From contig NOWV01000015.1 in NCBI GenBank assembly GCA_003344405.1, positions 248,001-312,000 on the forward strand: a stretch of 64,000 nucleotides of DNA, written 5' to 3'. Positions 38,680 to 52,459 of this stretch are shown here, piece after piece. Position numbers and translations under genes: made by a program. Numbering within the stretch: position 1 is the first letter of the stretch; every line of letters begins with the position of its first letter. This DNA is from Trichoplax sp. H2 (Eukaryota). Below the pieces are notes generated by a model. It did no database searches. It was not told the DNA's origin and saw only the letters and a list, made by a program, of their open reading frames with translations.

Positions 38680-40789
38680 TATATCGACAATCTCAATAGT
38701 TTAACCATTCTATGATTTTACTGCTTTTTTAATCAATACAAACCTTTTCAAGGGTTATTTAAACCAGTGGCAAAGTTTCACTGAATATCTCACAAAATAC
38801 ATCAAGATGATCCTTGTTATTTGATGTAATTTAAAGTAATTAACGAATAGCCTTCTAGTAGTAAAGTTGAAATTATCCAGCAAAATATTGATTGAACGAC
38901 CAGACGAAAAGAAATAATAGGAAATATCAAGTTTCCGGAGTAAGTTTTGATTAGTGGCGCCGTTTCTGGATAACGAACAATCGAACATTAACCAATTGCT
39001 AATTTATGTCCAAATGTCACGTGCTAATCCACCAATATATAATTTTTAGCTAAGGGATGTATTTGTACTTTTTACACTACTATTATATTTCCATAACAAG
39101 CGCAAGTAAACGTTAATATGCTAAATATTAATTTATTATGCATACTTGATTCGATGTTACATGGTAGACTCGTGACGACATAAATGAAACTGGATTGACT
39201 TATAGTAGCTCATAGATATTTGTATATTCTAAATATTACTTAATTATGCGCACTTGATTTGATGCTACAATATGAACCAATGATGGTGCAGTGTTTACTT
39301 CTAAATGAAAATGGATTGACCTATACTAGTTTGTAAATACCTACTAAGTGACAAGTGATTGCATTTCATAGGATCTAAATTTTTGGTTCTATTAATAAGG
39401 GTTTTTCGTTGATCTAGACTACATTTGACACTAATCAGTTCCTGCAAATGCAATCTAGTGACAGAATTAGCAATATTATTACATTGTTTTAGCGTATACC
39501 TTGAAAGTATTCTTAGTACTAAGTAAGGCAGTAGTGAGAAGCAATGCCGTAATAGGTGTGGTTAGCATTAGGCATTAATATAAATCTTAATAGTACGACA
39601 TCATATTATAGTATATAATCTCAATTATGAGAGCAGAAAAATGCTAATCTGCAGCGTTGGAATTGAACTTAGTGTTATTATGCAGCGCCCTAAATCTTTT
39701 CAATGTAACCATGCAATCTATTCTGGAGCTCTTCTCACTATATCCAATATCCAAATAATCATTACCAGGTCAGAGATTCCAGAGATTCTTCATTGCCACT
39801 CGAAAGTAAATGAATAGGCATCGATCCATACTAAACGATAATATATTTTCTTAAAACTACTTTTACTCTATAACGAATATTTCTGTAGTGCTTTCAGCCA
39901 ATTGAAGTAGTGTCATATTGAACGGTAGCACTAAGGCGTTATACAACCTGTTGGCTACAGATCGATTTTCATTTATTGCTAAGATTTTCTAGTTAGTACA
40001 ACTCTATGCAGCATGGCTTTATTACAGTATCATCTTATTAATTAGATACTACTTATATATATATATTATAGGAAATACTTAATTAGATATATTGTGACAC
40101 AAAATCACATTGCTGCACGTAAAAGCCTTTAGGCTTAATGTCTCTAATCTAGATTCATTATGTGAATACATTTAAATTTCATCGAAGGTAAGATATTTAC
40201 TATACTATAAGTAGTTAACCATTGATGAAATGATTTTAGTTACTCTCTAAAACGTAATACCGTTATAAGGCTCATATTTCTTCGTGAAACTGCTATTCTT
40301 GACATATTATTATCATTCTACAATTCAATTTCAAAGTATCAGCATATAAATAGGTCAATTAAAGCTGATTTCTGTTGAATTTCAATCTCTCTTTACGTAT
40401 AACTGAATTTCGACTATACTATTGTAATACATTAAATTCAGATACCGGTTAGCCAACATTTAAGTACAAAAATAAAGTTGACAATACATCTGGCTTTACC
40501 GCTTAGATTACTTAGCAATTAAAAATCATATACAGTAAAAGAAACTATGATGTTATCCCACTTGATGTCAAGAATACGCCAAAATAATTAAAAAATACAC
40601 TATTTCAAGTAGAGCTGAATAAGAGTGATATCTTAATTAAGATAATTAACCACACTGAAATTCAACTGAAGACCGAACTGGATGGTGTACAATTTATTCG
40701 CAGGGTGGCTACAGAGGAACCAACCTGTAATATTATTTTCTAGATTTGCCACCCTTTACCTATTTAACTACCTGTCATACTGAATCTAT

Positions 40790-41930
40790 CTGACCTATCT
40801 TTAATATCTTTCAATATTTCTTTCATTTCTGCTACTTCTCTAAATGTACGTAATTTATGGCAGCAATCCTTCATACAAGAACAGATGTATTCCAACTCCG
40901 GATGTTTTTCACCATATTTGGTCGATAAATATTAGAGCAGAATATATATCCATATGCAAGACATTCTCATATTCTTTCAGATGGAAATAGTTATTGCCTA
41001 GACCTTCGTAGATAGGACACATTTGCAATGCATCATGCCTTAAATGCTTGCAACATAATCTTTAGTAAGATTATACATGGATATGGAATCATCATATTTA
41101 GCTTGATTAAGATAAATATCAGCTAAAGCTTTATAAGAATCTGCTATATCATCGCCTATAATGTCTCCACCTAAAGTTTTTAATTTAATATCAACATGTT
41201 TTAAGTGCATATTTAGCGATTCATCATATCCCCTTTGCACATCGGCATATATTGACCCTTAAGCAATATAACTTTCTGCAATCTCTAAATTTTCCAAGCC
41301 AGATTATCCGAATCGAATACTAAGGGCTGTCTGACACATGGGCAGAGCATGTTCGTGATTAGCTTGTTTATAATAGGCTATGACAAGCATATATTAGAAC
41401 AGCACTAACAGGCTCATTTAGCGATAGATAAATATTCCCAATTTAGTAATTGGTTATATGGCTTTGCTACCTCTATACTATATCCTAAAAACTCTAAGCG
41501 AATATGAAGACTTTCTTACATACATCAACAGTACGTCTGCTTATTGATCTTACTTATTTTAAGCATCATTAATATCATGATAAGATTGAGAAATATGCAA
41601 ATCGGAATCCTCTAGTAACTCTAATCAAATATCAAGTGCCTTCTTAAATACTGGAAAGGCATGATTGCAATGATCTCGACAATAAGATAAATCTCTAATG
41701 GCCTGATATAAATCTACAATTGCCAAGTCCTGAGCACCAACTATTTTCAATTACATATTTAAAGCATGAAGAAACATCTATTCAGCATCATCTTAATCCT
41801 CTTTAAAGCAGTATATGTTTGATAGTAGCAATTAGCCACTGTTAAATTCCTTAAAGTCAAGATACCAAACCAAATGGATAAGGCTTTCTCGTATATTAGC
41901 AGAGCAAGATCCACATTTATTCTATAGCGT
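40790..41930 (-). pseudogene. Decayed 3' portion of a TPR paralog resembling the 741-aa gene
   Basis: 40860-41050 aligns by eye with 36605-36800. ORF 41040-41240 encodes a TPR (DDIADSYKALADIYLNQAKYDDSISMY). Many stops. Confidence 0.75.
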
Positions 41931-44900
41931 TAAATTTGGACCAACTGATAATTGAACTCAAATTTTCAATAAACAAAACGTATGGCCAATCTTTCATGAG
42001 ACTGCTGAGAAAGAATGAAAAGAAGACAATGTGTCTCTAGTAATATATTGTAAATTATACTTTAAGGCTTTGTAGTTATTCGTCCTAGCTAATATCCTAA
42101 CATGCATCATTAGAATGATATTTCGCGACCATAAATCGAGAAGATCCTGTATGCCAAATACTATAATTTAATCTATACTGTAACAGCTGTAGTTGATTAT
42201 TTCACTTATGACCTACCTTGAGTAAAAGTATGATTTGTTGCCAGTAGCGCAATGGAAAGGATGTTATATGCTCAGCACTCTGTTTTAATCCATACTTTAA
42301 TAGCATGTAGCTGATAATTTAACTTGTGGTATTACATACGAATGCAATAGCATGATTTATAGCCAGCAATAAGGAACAAAAAAAGTAGCTACAAGCTCAG
42401 TACTCTAGGCTAATCTATTCTTTAATTGTGCATAGTTGATCATTTAACTCATGACTTTTCGTATACAGTAGTATGACTCATTAATAAGAAGTTGAAAGAT
42501 GCTATATGCCCAGTACTATATTTTAATTTATACTACAATAGGAAGTATTTGATTATTTAACTTTTGACCTTCGTATGAAACAGTTTGATTTATTGGCAAT
42601 AAGAAAAAGGAAAAGATGCATGCTATATTAAAACCGTATATTTGAAATAAAGCTTAAAAGGCATATAATTCTTCCATTAAAATTAGATCACAACTTGTAT
42701 TATAGTTCCATTCCCTATTACAGTAATTTTTAAAGGTTGGCACTGATTACTATTGTCAAGTACAGCAGCTACTTGTTACTAGAGTCTTGTAAGTTTACCA
42801 ATCAATATGACAATCATTCTAATTTCTTTTCCTTTTTGATTACACGTTTTTACGAACACATCTACAGAGCTTTTTATTTGATGTGAAATTTAAGCCAACA
42901 GAAACAAATTAACTTACGTTAAAGATTTTAGATATCGTAAAAAATATTTAATTAATTGCATATAAATACAGACATAGAACTTTTAAATTTTTAATAACAT
43001 AAACGGCAAATGTTTAATTATTTTAAATGGCTAGGCCATAAATTGCTATATACTGTATGACAAATCAGTAAAGGGGTTGCAACATGTTAAATTCGAATAT
43101 TTTGCATCATTATAAAGATTCCACCTGGTAATGCAATTGTAGCATCATCTTGCTCTTTGTAGAGTCTAGTTTACTGTTAATATGCGGCATTTTGTATCTG
43201 AACTAGACCTTAAAAGTAGTTTCAATTTGAGCACATATCTATTACTCATATCAAGTTGCTATTGATCACAAACTTTATAACTTGATATCAAATCAATTAT
43301 TTCTTATCATTTATTTATTCAAGAATTCTTTAGCTTTCTAGCCGAGTCAAGTTGACGTACCAATTATATAATTTACTCCTTTATCAACTTCAACTTAAAA
43401 ATAGTATAAAAGTGAACTTTTTTATTTATTCTTTTAAATTCCTCGAAATTTGCATTGAAATAATCAAAGGAAATATCCCAATGGTCGTGTGAACCGAATA
43501 AGCTATAAATAATTGATTAATTTTGCAGTTAATCATGAAATCAATATTAGATGTTGCAATGATTTTAAATCATATGAAAGTGCACTGATGATGCATGAAA
43601 TGCATTGAAGGGATTTTCCAATTTATCAGCTAAATAAAAAGATTTTCCATTATATTAGCTAATACAAGAATTGAATTATCGAATAGAAATGATACTTATT
43701 TCGTTTAAAAAACTATTGTAAAGAGAGTATGATCGTAAACTTATTTAAAATGACTTATAATTGCATTTGTTTGTTATACCGAAATATACAAGAGCTATTT
43801 GAGGCCCTAAAACAATAATCTACGACTACCGATTGTTCAAATATCTAATTTTAAGCTCAGCACAAAGATTTATGTTACCAAAATAACAATCGTTTGCGAT
43901 ATTTGTAGTTGTAATATGGTGATAATAGATTTAAGCCTTCCATTTTCAATAAAGACTTTTGAGAAAATGAGAACATTATTCAATGTAGCAAGATCTATAA
44001 TCCAAAACTTTCTTTACTATAAATTAATTCAGAAATAATGAATTACATGTTACTCAATGTATCTCGAATCTAATTAGGAAACGATAGCATATGAGATAAT
44101 CATGATTATATTATGATTTACTAAATAGCCTTGATAATTTAATCAAACGCAACATCGCATAACAGTATCTACATTCATCTATCCAGCATACAAATGGGAA
44201 TCGATAATGGCTCTTTAAAGCTAGAGCAAAGAAAGTATTGAACAATGATCACCGTTTCAAAATAAAGTAAATTAAAAAATTATACAGCCACTGATACAAG
44301 ACGCAATGAAAAGTTAAAGGTGGGGTGCTTTACTTGGCTATTGTTATAGTCTAACCAATCGTCGGCATCATGGATATACACATTTTAGCACGCCACCTTC
44401 CAACTCTGTAGTGGCCTAAAGCTTTGAATGGTTATTTAATTGTATGCTAGTCTATTGCCACCGCCTTAACAGCAATCTATTTAAATTTAACATAAAAAAT
44501 TAAATAGTCCCAGTCGATATCGTCTGGTTTGTTTAATTAGTCCTTTGTTCGCATTAACTGAATTATTCTATGGACTATTCATCAATTTTGTCACTATATT
44601 GCTAGGCATCCTGGGCTATTGAGGTCAGTTGGATCATTAATTTATTTTTAAACAATAATATAACTTGAATTTCAATATTATTTAGCTCTGTAATTATTCA
44701 ACTTTGTTTTGAATCTCCCCCGTAGTTTGACATTAAGACAAGTCGCTTATACTGTGACAGTTTTTTGTATTCATTACTTCCTTTTAGTAATCAATCGACT
44801 AAAACCACATTAACTACTCTTCTATCGCTATCTAGTCTATCATCATCGTCATTATTGTCGTCATCATCCGTTCAACATCAAAACAAAGACAAGCATAACA

Positions 44901-46494
44901 TTTATAATTTATTGCTGTTAAGACATTGCTACAATTAGAAATAAAAATTGATGCTATACGCCAATTAATTGAAAGGAAACTGAAGGTTTTCATGTTGGCC
45001 AACAATTTGATTTTAACGTCAAGGTAATACACATTTTTCTTACGCAAATTCCAATTTGTGATCATATAGAGTCATTGCAGTAGAATTTAAAATGGTAGGC
45101 AAAACAATACTATATTGCTCATGATAGGATAAAAATATTTAATTAACAAGCTATTTTAACCTTGTTCGTGTAAATTTCTAATTATAGTTCAATTCCAATT
45201 GAAAAGCTGCAGCGAAAAATATGATTGAATAAGCTTAAAAAGTTAAACTCGCCTATGTACTAAACTATTCGAAGCAATTACTTCATTTACAAACCGTCAT
45301 TTAATAAGTCTCTAATTAATCATCGTGATATTCTTACGTAATCATTCTTTAACTTAGATTGATAGCATTCCACATAAAGCCGTTGTATACCAACCTTCAG
45401 TAGTATCTATTTAATTGAGATATATTGCTAATGAATCATTGTTCTTCAACTAAATTTTACCATTAAAGCTGATTTAGACAGAATTGAACAAAAAAATTGG
45501 ACTAGTTCTTTTTCTCTCCTTATCACAGCAATTGGATAATTTTAAGACTAATTCTTCTCAATTTTTAATCGAGAAAAGAAACAGCATTGGAAATATTTCC
45601 CACGATGAATAATTCCGGTGATTCAAATGTAACTGCTCAATTAAATGGTAAGACTTTTTAAATTTTTACCCAAGAATAGAACAGCACTGTTCTACAGTAA
45701 ATCAGTTTCCTTTATTTGAACTTAGTCTCGCTGTTTTTTTATGATAGTCAAGAAGTAAGATTACTAAGTATCAAAATCAATCAATATTCTATGAAACCAC
45801 TCTTTTTCTACAAATATAAAACATAAAATGAAATCTATCAGCAAAATTAAATTATAAATTTGTACTGAAATTGATAAAAAACAGGACCATTAATGCCATT
45901 TTTCTTAATTTGTAATCCTCACTATAGAAGACATAATCTTCCGTTAATTTTATTTTCATGCAGCATAAACTAAAAAGGCTTAAATTGATATCCTGCTTCG
46001 CTAATGTAATTTTTTATACCAATGTCACTGTGAGATTGGTAGATCAAGAATCTTCAAGACTTAAGAAAATTAAGATTTATAGAACAAAACCTCGTTTACA
46101 AAGATGCAACTTAATCGATCAGTTGATTATTTCTAACGAGAAAGAACTATTTTACTGTACTAAACTACTCGCTTATATACTTTTTCGCGTTAATAACCTT
46201 AGCACCTTACTTACTACAAACTTCAGTATCTCAAATGCAGGATAATTTACACCTATCACGTGAAGCTATAGTGTGAGCCGTGTAGCGTTCCTCTTCAAAA
46301 GGGTACATTTGCTAAGCTAGCTATAATTAATACTTAAGCCTGTAACGGAATATCTATCACACGTTGAACACGATAACTACGTTAGACATTACTAAATATA
46401 TCATCAACTTAGAATACAATATTACACTGTCTTACAGTCACATATAGGCAGAAATATTTTACTTGTATTTATTGTCAAACTTTAATCGCATGAT

Positions 46495-47050
46495 AGCAGT
46501 TCTAGTCATTGCAACAAATATTGACTAAACTGTCTTCTGTTAAATCAATCGGGCAACTGAATCATTAAGTGCTTTACTTTGCTGTTTTATTCAACAAATC
46601 TATCTCCCTGCAATATACTCTCCTGGAAAATTTTCACTATTTCCTATGACGATTGAATTATATTACATGCTTTAGTAATTAAATCGAAATATTAATTACA
46701 ATTTTATTTTATAAATTCTTTTACTAGCTAATGTTAGTGCTACAATGTTAATGCAACCATTCTTATACCAGTGTTACACATGGACCGAAATGTGTTGGTT
46801 GTATTTAAATTCGAAATTTTAATTGGAAGATAGGAGTTCTGGTCATTGCAATTAATATTGATTAAACCGTTTCCTACTAAATCGATTGGACATCTACATT
46901 ATCAAATACTTTACTTTGCTGCTGTGTTGAACAAATTTATTTTCTATGAACATTCTGCACTCCGCCGGAAAATTTTCGGTATTTCCCACGCCGAACAAAT
47001 TCTACTGCGATACTTTAGTAATTAAATCGAAACATAAATTGTATTTTTTC
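46495..47050 (+). repeat. Diverged ~210-bp direct repeat (~46495-46710 and ~46832-47050)
   Basis: Shared blocks GTCATTGCAA, CTTTACTTTGCTG, GGAAAATTTTC and CTTTAGTAATTAAATCGAAA. Confidence 0.7.
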
Positions 47051-47837
47051 ATTACAAACATTTCACTTACGAACTGAATTAGTTGAAATAGCTGCAGTCT
47101 TATCCATAGCTTAAAGCTAGCAATATTGCTGCTTTGGAAACAAATAGAATGCTAATTATAATAATAACTAAATAAAAACGACATTGATGGCCGAAATAAT
47201 CATTCAAAAGGATTCCAATGGAAATAGATATTAGAATTGATTGACAGGATCACCGAAATATACGGGCAACATTTAATCTTTAGTGCGGTCAGAACAAATA
47301 GTATAGTTTATCTTATAGATAACTAATTTTAAAATAGACCCGATAGCTGAAATAATTATTTTAGCAATGTTCCAAGGTAATCTACATTCAAACATTCAAT
47401 AGTAAAAACTAGCCGAGTGGACTCGTAGATGAATCTGTTACGATAAATTTTGTCATAGAGGAAAAAATCTTTGTAAGGTTGATGTTATCTTAATCTTTAT
47501 TTTAAAGAGAAATTATAGTCCTGTAATATAACAATTATCCTTAAAATAATCCATTTTTAAAACAGTACTAAACCTACTAACGAGTTTGATATTGTTTTTT
47601 GAACTATCCCACTTCTATCGTTAAGGAAGTAATAATCAAATAATTACGAACAATCAAGGCATACGATACCGTGGTACTTTTAGCAGATGCAGACAGAATC
47701 AGTCTGACTCCAGTATTAATTAAATCAATAATTAATGTCAATCTCTCTGAGGCTGCCCTAGATTTGGCTAAGATTCCAAGGGCTTCAATAATAACCCTCA
47801 ATACTAAAATAACTAATTAAACTTTTTTGTGGCCTGT

Positions 47838-48404
47838 TGTGATATACACCGATCACGAGATTCCAAATTTTAGAAAAATAAGGGCTTTATTGAATCTTAT
47901 ACAAAGATTAACTGCACACAGCTCTACTTTAGCCGAATACTACTACTAAAGACTTCTAGAACGAACTAACAGAATAATCTAAAGTTGCATGCTTTTATGC
48001 TTTTCGTAGCATTCGCAGCTACAATCCGCATGGCAACCTTTTACCTTATTTTATGCCTAGTTAAATTATTCTTAGAGACACTATTCTACTGCGGACCATC
48101 ATTAATCCGATATGGATACGACTACAGTATTTACGTAGACATTATTCATACCAGCCAAAGTACAGTACAATGAGTTAACTATATCCTAATATATGATTTA
48201 CATTTGTATTTTTACCTATAACCTTATTAGTAACTCAACACCTTAATGTATATAGTCATCTGTACTCTAGCATAGTGTCTATACCACTACAGTCTAAAGT
48301 TACGGCTACCAAATATCTCTTAGGATAAATATAGAAGTTACGCTACCGTACATCATACTAAACATGGCTAACAGTCTACAATCACAATACAAAGTTACAT
48401 TACA
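47838..48404 (-). mobile_element. Solo LTR family A (567 bp)
   Basis: Near-full-length match to 4427-4848 plus 5887-6016. TGTGAT...ATTACA ends. Flanks cctgt and catgt form a TSD with one mismatch. Confidence 0.85.
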
Positions 48405-49324
48405 CATGTCTACTACATTTATAAACGCTATATAACAAAAGTCATTTTGATGGCATGAATACAACGATTTCCGCTAAATCTATGTCTCACTGCTGATATA
48501 TATTATGTTAGTGCTACAGCATTAAATCAATTAATCGAATGATGCTTCTTTTAGCTTTAAAATAGAGGATAGCCTTTATAACCTCATAAATTGTTATGAG
48601 GCCGGTGATATAAGGTTGATTATAATATAGAGAAGCTGTCTTACGACTTTTTATCGTTACGCTAATTATTTCTCTTATATGAATATACAAATATCAAATA
48701 TACTCTATTGGATTTCTATAATATTACACCCTTTAAACATTATTCTGCCTTTTTTTCCGTTATTTACATAAGATCTGGCATAAATATAAAAATAACAAAA
48801 CTACTGTTATACTAGTTGAAAGAGCAATAGCAGATAGAAATAAACTGTTACCAATGACCATTGACGATAATTATATACTATTTAATTTGGTAATCATCAC
48901 TAATTTGATTCCAGCTTTATTCTCAATCCTCTACTATCAAACAAATTTCTAATTAGTTTTACTGCAGTCATAATTAAAATAATACAGCACACTAGAACAA
49001 TTATATCTCAGGTAGACAAATAATCAATATTTAAGACTTCCATTAGTCCGATATTAGTCGTCTTGCAAAGACGTAGAAGTTTGTACTTTTCGATATAACC
49101 ATTTTAAATCTCAAAACACAGAATAGGAAAGAATATTAGCACGCATAGCGGCACGGACATACTGTCTTGAAAGACTTTAAATTTCCCAAAAATAGTTAGT
49201 TCTTCCATTTTAGATAATCATACAGTAAAAAATGAACGCATATTTCTAATCTGCTATGCTATAGGAAAGAAATCATTAGCACTTGATTGAATGCCTTAAT
49301 ACTTAAATTCATTTTTAATCCATA

Positions 49325-50250
49325 TTGTCACGTTCTGAACTTTAATTAATCCAATTATTCCATGGAATATTTTACAATTTTCATCGGATATATTCAATTT
49401 ACCAAAACACTTCTTTATGAAATGCTAAAAAATTATTTAAGCTTATCTATGGCTTGAATTAAGAATACTTCACGATGGTAGCAATACCGCACTAATTATC
49501 ATTATTGGTCGCAATAATATCACGTCGATGAAGAATCTATTCATTTCCAATTCAATATTTTACTTCTTGTACTTTACTTAATCTAATTATTTCATGAAGT
49601 GTTTAGAACAATCATCGGATATATTCAATTTACCAAAGCGCTATTATTTTGGAATATTGAAAAATTATTTAAGTTAACCCATAGCTTAGATTAAAAGCAA
49701 TTTAAAATGCTAGAAAGAAATAGCCATAAAAATCTCATCCTTGATCGCGAAAATACTACAATGAAGAAGAAACTATTTATTTCTAATCTATATTTTTAAG
49801 TCCTGAACTTCAGTAAATCCAATTATTTCAAAAACCATTTTTACAATTTTCTTTGGATATATTCAATTTACTAAAGCGATATGGTTTTATGATACTAAAA
49901 TTATTGAAGGTAACCCCTAAGCATAGATTAAGGATAATTTAAAATGACAGTAAGAAATTGCTGTATAAATCTCATTCTTGATTGCAGTAATACTACCTTG
50001 ATCAAGAATCAGTTCATTTCTAATCTATATTTTGGCGCCCTAAATTTAGTATATCCAATTATTTCATGAATAATTTTACAGTTTCCATCAGATATATTCA
50101 ATTTACCAAAGCACTACTCTTTCATGATGTAAAAAAATTATTAAAAGTAAACCCATAGCTCACATTAACGATAACTTAAGATGATAGCGAGAAATTCCTT
50201 TACTCAATCTCATTATTTATCGCAATAATGCCACCTTGATAAAGAAATGA
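49325..50250 (-). repeat. Tandem array of four ~236-bp units, possibly a decayed coding repeat
   Basis: GATATATTCAATTTAC recurs at ~49387, 49618, 49856 and 50091, with colinear flanks. Confidence 0.85.
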
Positions 50251-52459
50251 CCTTGCATAATTTTAAAGCAAAAAAGACAATTAAGTCAATCGTATATCAT
50301 TGGTAAATAAACATAAACTGACAATTATAATAACATTTTCCTATTATGATTATTCTGAATTACGCTACTATGAATATCAATATAAGCGTAGCGCTATCGT
50401 TAAGTTCTGATTAATAGGAACAAAAGAATGCTAACTTCAATTATCCCTCTTTTACTCTCACAAGACATTATTCATAATGAAAATCATTAGAGTAAACCTC
50501 AACTCTAGATGTTGCACTACTCACTCTTTGTTACAATTTTACTAAGCACCTTTCAATTAGTACAAGACACAAATAGATATTATAATAGTATAAACGTTAT
50601 TAAAATTTTCATGAAATCGCAGCTATTTAAATCGAGCCTCTCGTTTTTTAATTCATCCTGACTAGTTATTCTTATAATAATTCTCGCCTATTCAGTTGGT
50701 ATTATAATAAATCTTGTTTAAGCTGGAATTAGAAAACTATATCAAAAATATCGTAATAATTCTATCGAGATATAGTTGTACCTGTATCCTCTTATTACTT
50801 GCAGCATGCAATATGATTTGTAAAACCTTCAATCAAAGCACCATCTTGACTTTTAAATCAGCTACGATACCGAACCTAGCCTATAGAATCATCGATTGCC
50901 ACAAAATGGAAATTTTTTGTCCATAAAAGTTATTTTTGCACAATTAGCATCTTAACGTTTCCAAATATCACTACTGAGCAAGATAAACTAGAGCATTTTT
51001 ATGATCCTTAAAATGTAAGTATTTCTTACAATAGGCCTAAATTTTGTCATTATATTAAGCACTTTATCCATTAAATTATTGTAAATGCAAAATATCAAAA
51101 ATTGCTGATCCTCCTAAGTAAAAATTTATGTCTCAAGCTCGATTACGCAATAATCACAAAACTGACTTTATAGATAAAATTTCTATTTGCAATTTCTCAG
51201 CAACATTGAAAATTCTACTTGGCATCAATCTTTACTAAAAAAAATTCATTTCTACTATAATTTAGCAATATTTAAGTTGTAGTCAGTAAAACTCATTCAA
51301 GTACAACCCTAACTGTTGCTAGCCGCTATTGCTGGCCATTGCAGAAGAATTCAATTATCATTACATTATAATGAAAAGTTAAATTTGTATAGACTGTCAT
51401 TTCTGAAGTTTTAATTGACGTAGCAGTATCCTCCAACGCATCATTCAAAACGAATTGGGTACGACATTTTACCATATTGACATCAAAAGCGCACGACTTA
51501 TGATGTGTAAATGGCATAGGAAACATGATAATTATCGCATGTCTATAATAACGAACGAGACCATCAGCTAACCATTTGATAAATCCAATCAAGGAATATT
51601 TTTACAAGCATTCTTACTGAAAACAAATAAGCCTATCAAATAAATACTTACAAATGACAAATTAACCATCAGTTATACAATATAGCATGTATACTATAGA
51701 CGACAAAAGGCATACAGTAAAGCCTCATTAAATCAAATATGGGATGATAATGTTTCTTAATGAAGAGGTTATGAATAACTTTCTCTTGCTTTTTAAAATG
51801 TATAGCTAGATCAGAGCAGTAAAACTAGAAATTGATCCTAGGGAATCTTTCACTTTTACATTCTTTCGGGTATAATATCTTTTTCATTCACTCTTGATGA
51901 ATGTTGGATTTGTGTATTGCCTTAAAATGTAACGATTATTAAAATAGATTTAGATGTAATAGCTACACTTCATTTTATGAAATAAAATTAATCTAGCTGA
52001 AAATGACTAAAGTAAACTCAAGAAATACCTAACTGTTTTCGTATTTCCTAAAACTTTTGAAACCTTTCTAAAATATACTCTTATCATATCTTCAAATCTC
52101 TAACAGATCAATACAAATTTCAAAATAGATTTTCATAATTATGCTTCTATACTATCACCAAATCATTGATCTAGAGAAACGAATGCAATTCTAAAAATAA
52201 ATCATTCTTGCGGGCTAGTTATAAGATTATGTGAAAGTCTATTCACGAAAATCATACTGCAGCATCAAAATATGCGTGGTTACTAATAATACTCGATAAT
52301 GAAATCGTTAACTTTCTAACGTAATTTTCATTTTAAGTAATATAAAAATTAAATTTTGCCAGGATATGATAAGATATCGAAGTATTCACAGAATGTCTTG
52401 CCGACTCAAAAATCAACTTTGAAAACATTTCTTTTATTAAACTTCTACTAACACGTGAA

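Noticed and set aside
47436-48438. Possible host LTR (TGTTACG...TAACA) around the family-A copy
   Set aside because: No TSD (gaatc vs aaagt) and no second copy in the window.
49325-50250. CRISPR-like interpretation of the recurring GATATATTCAATTTAC motif
   Set aside because: The intervening sequences are homologous to each other and ~220 bp long, there are no cas genes, and the context is eukaryotic.
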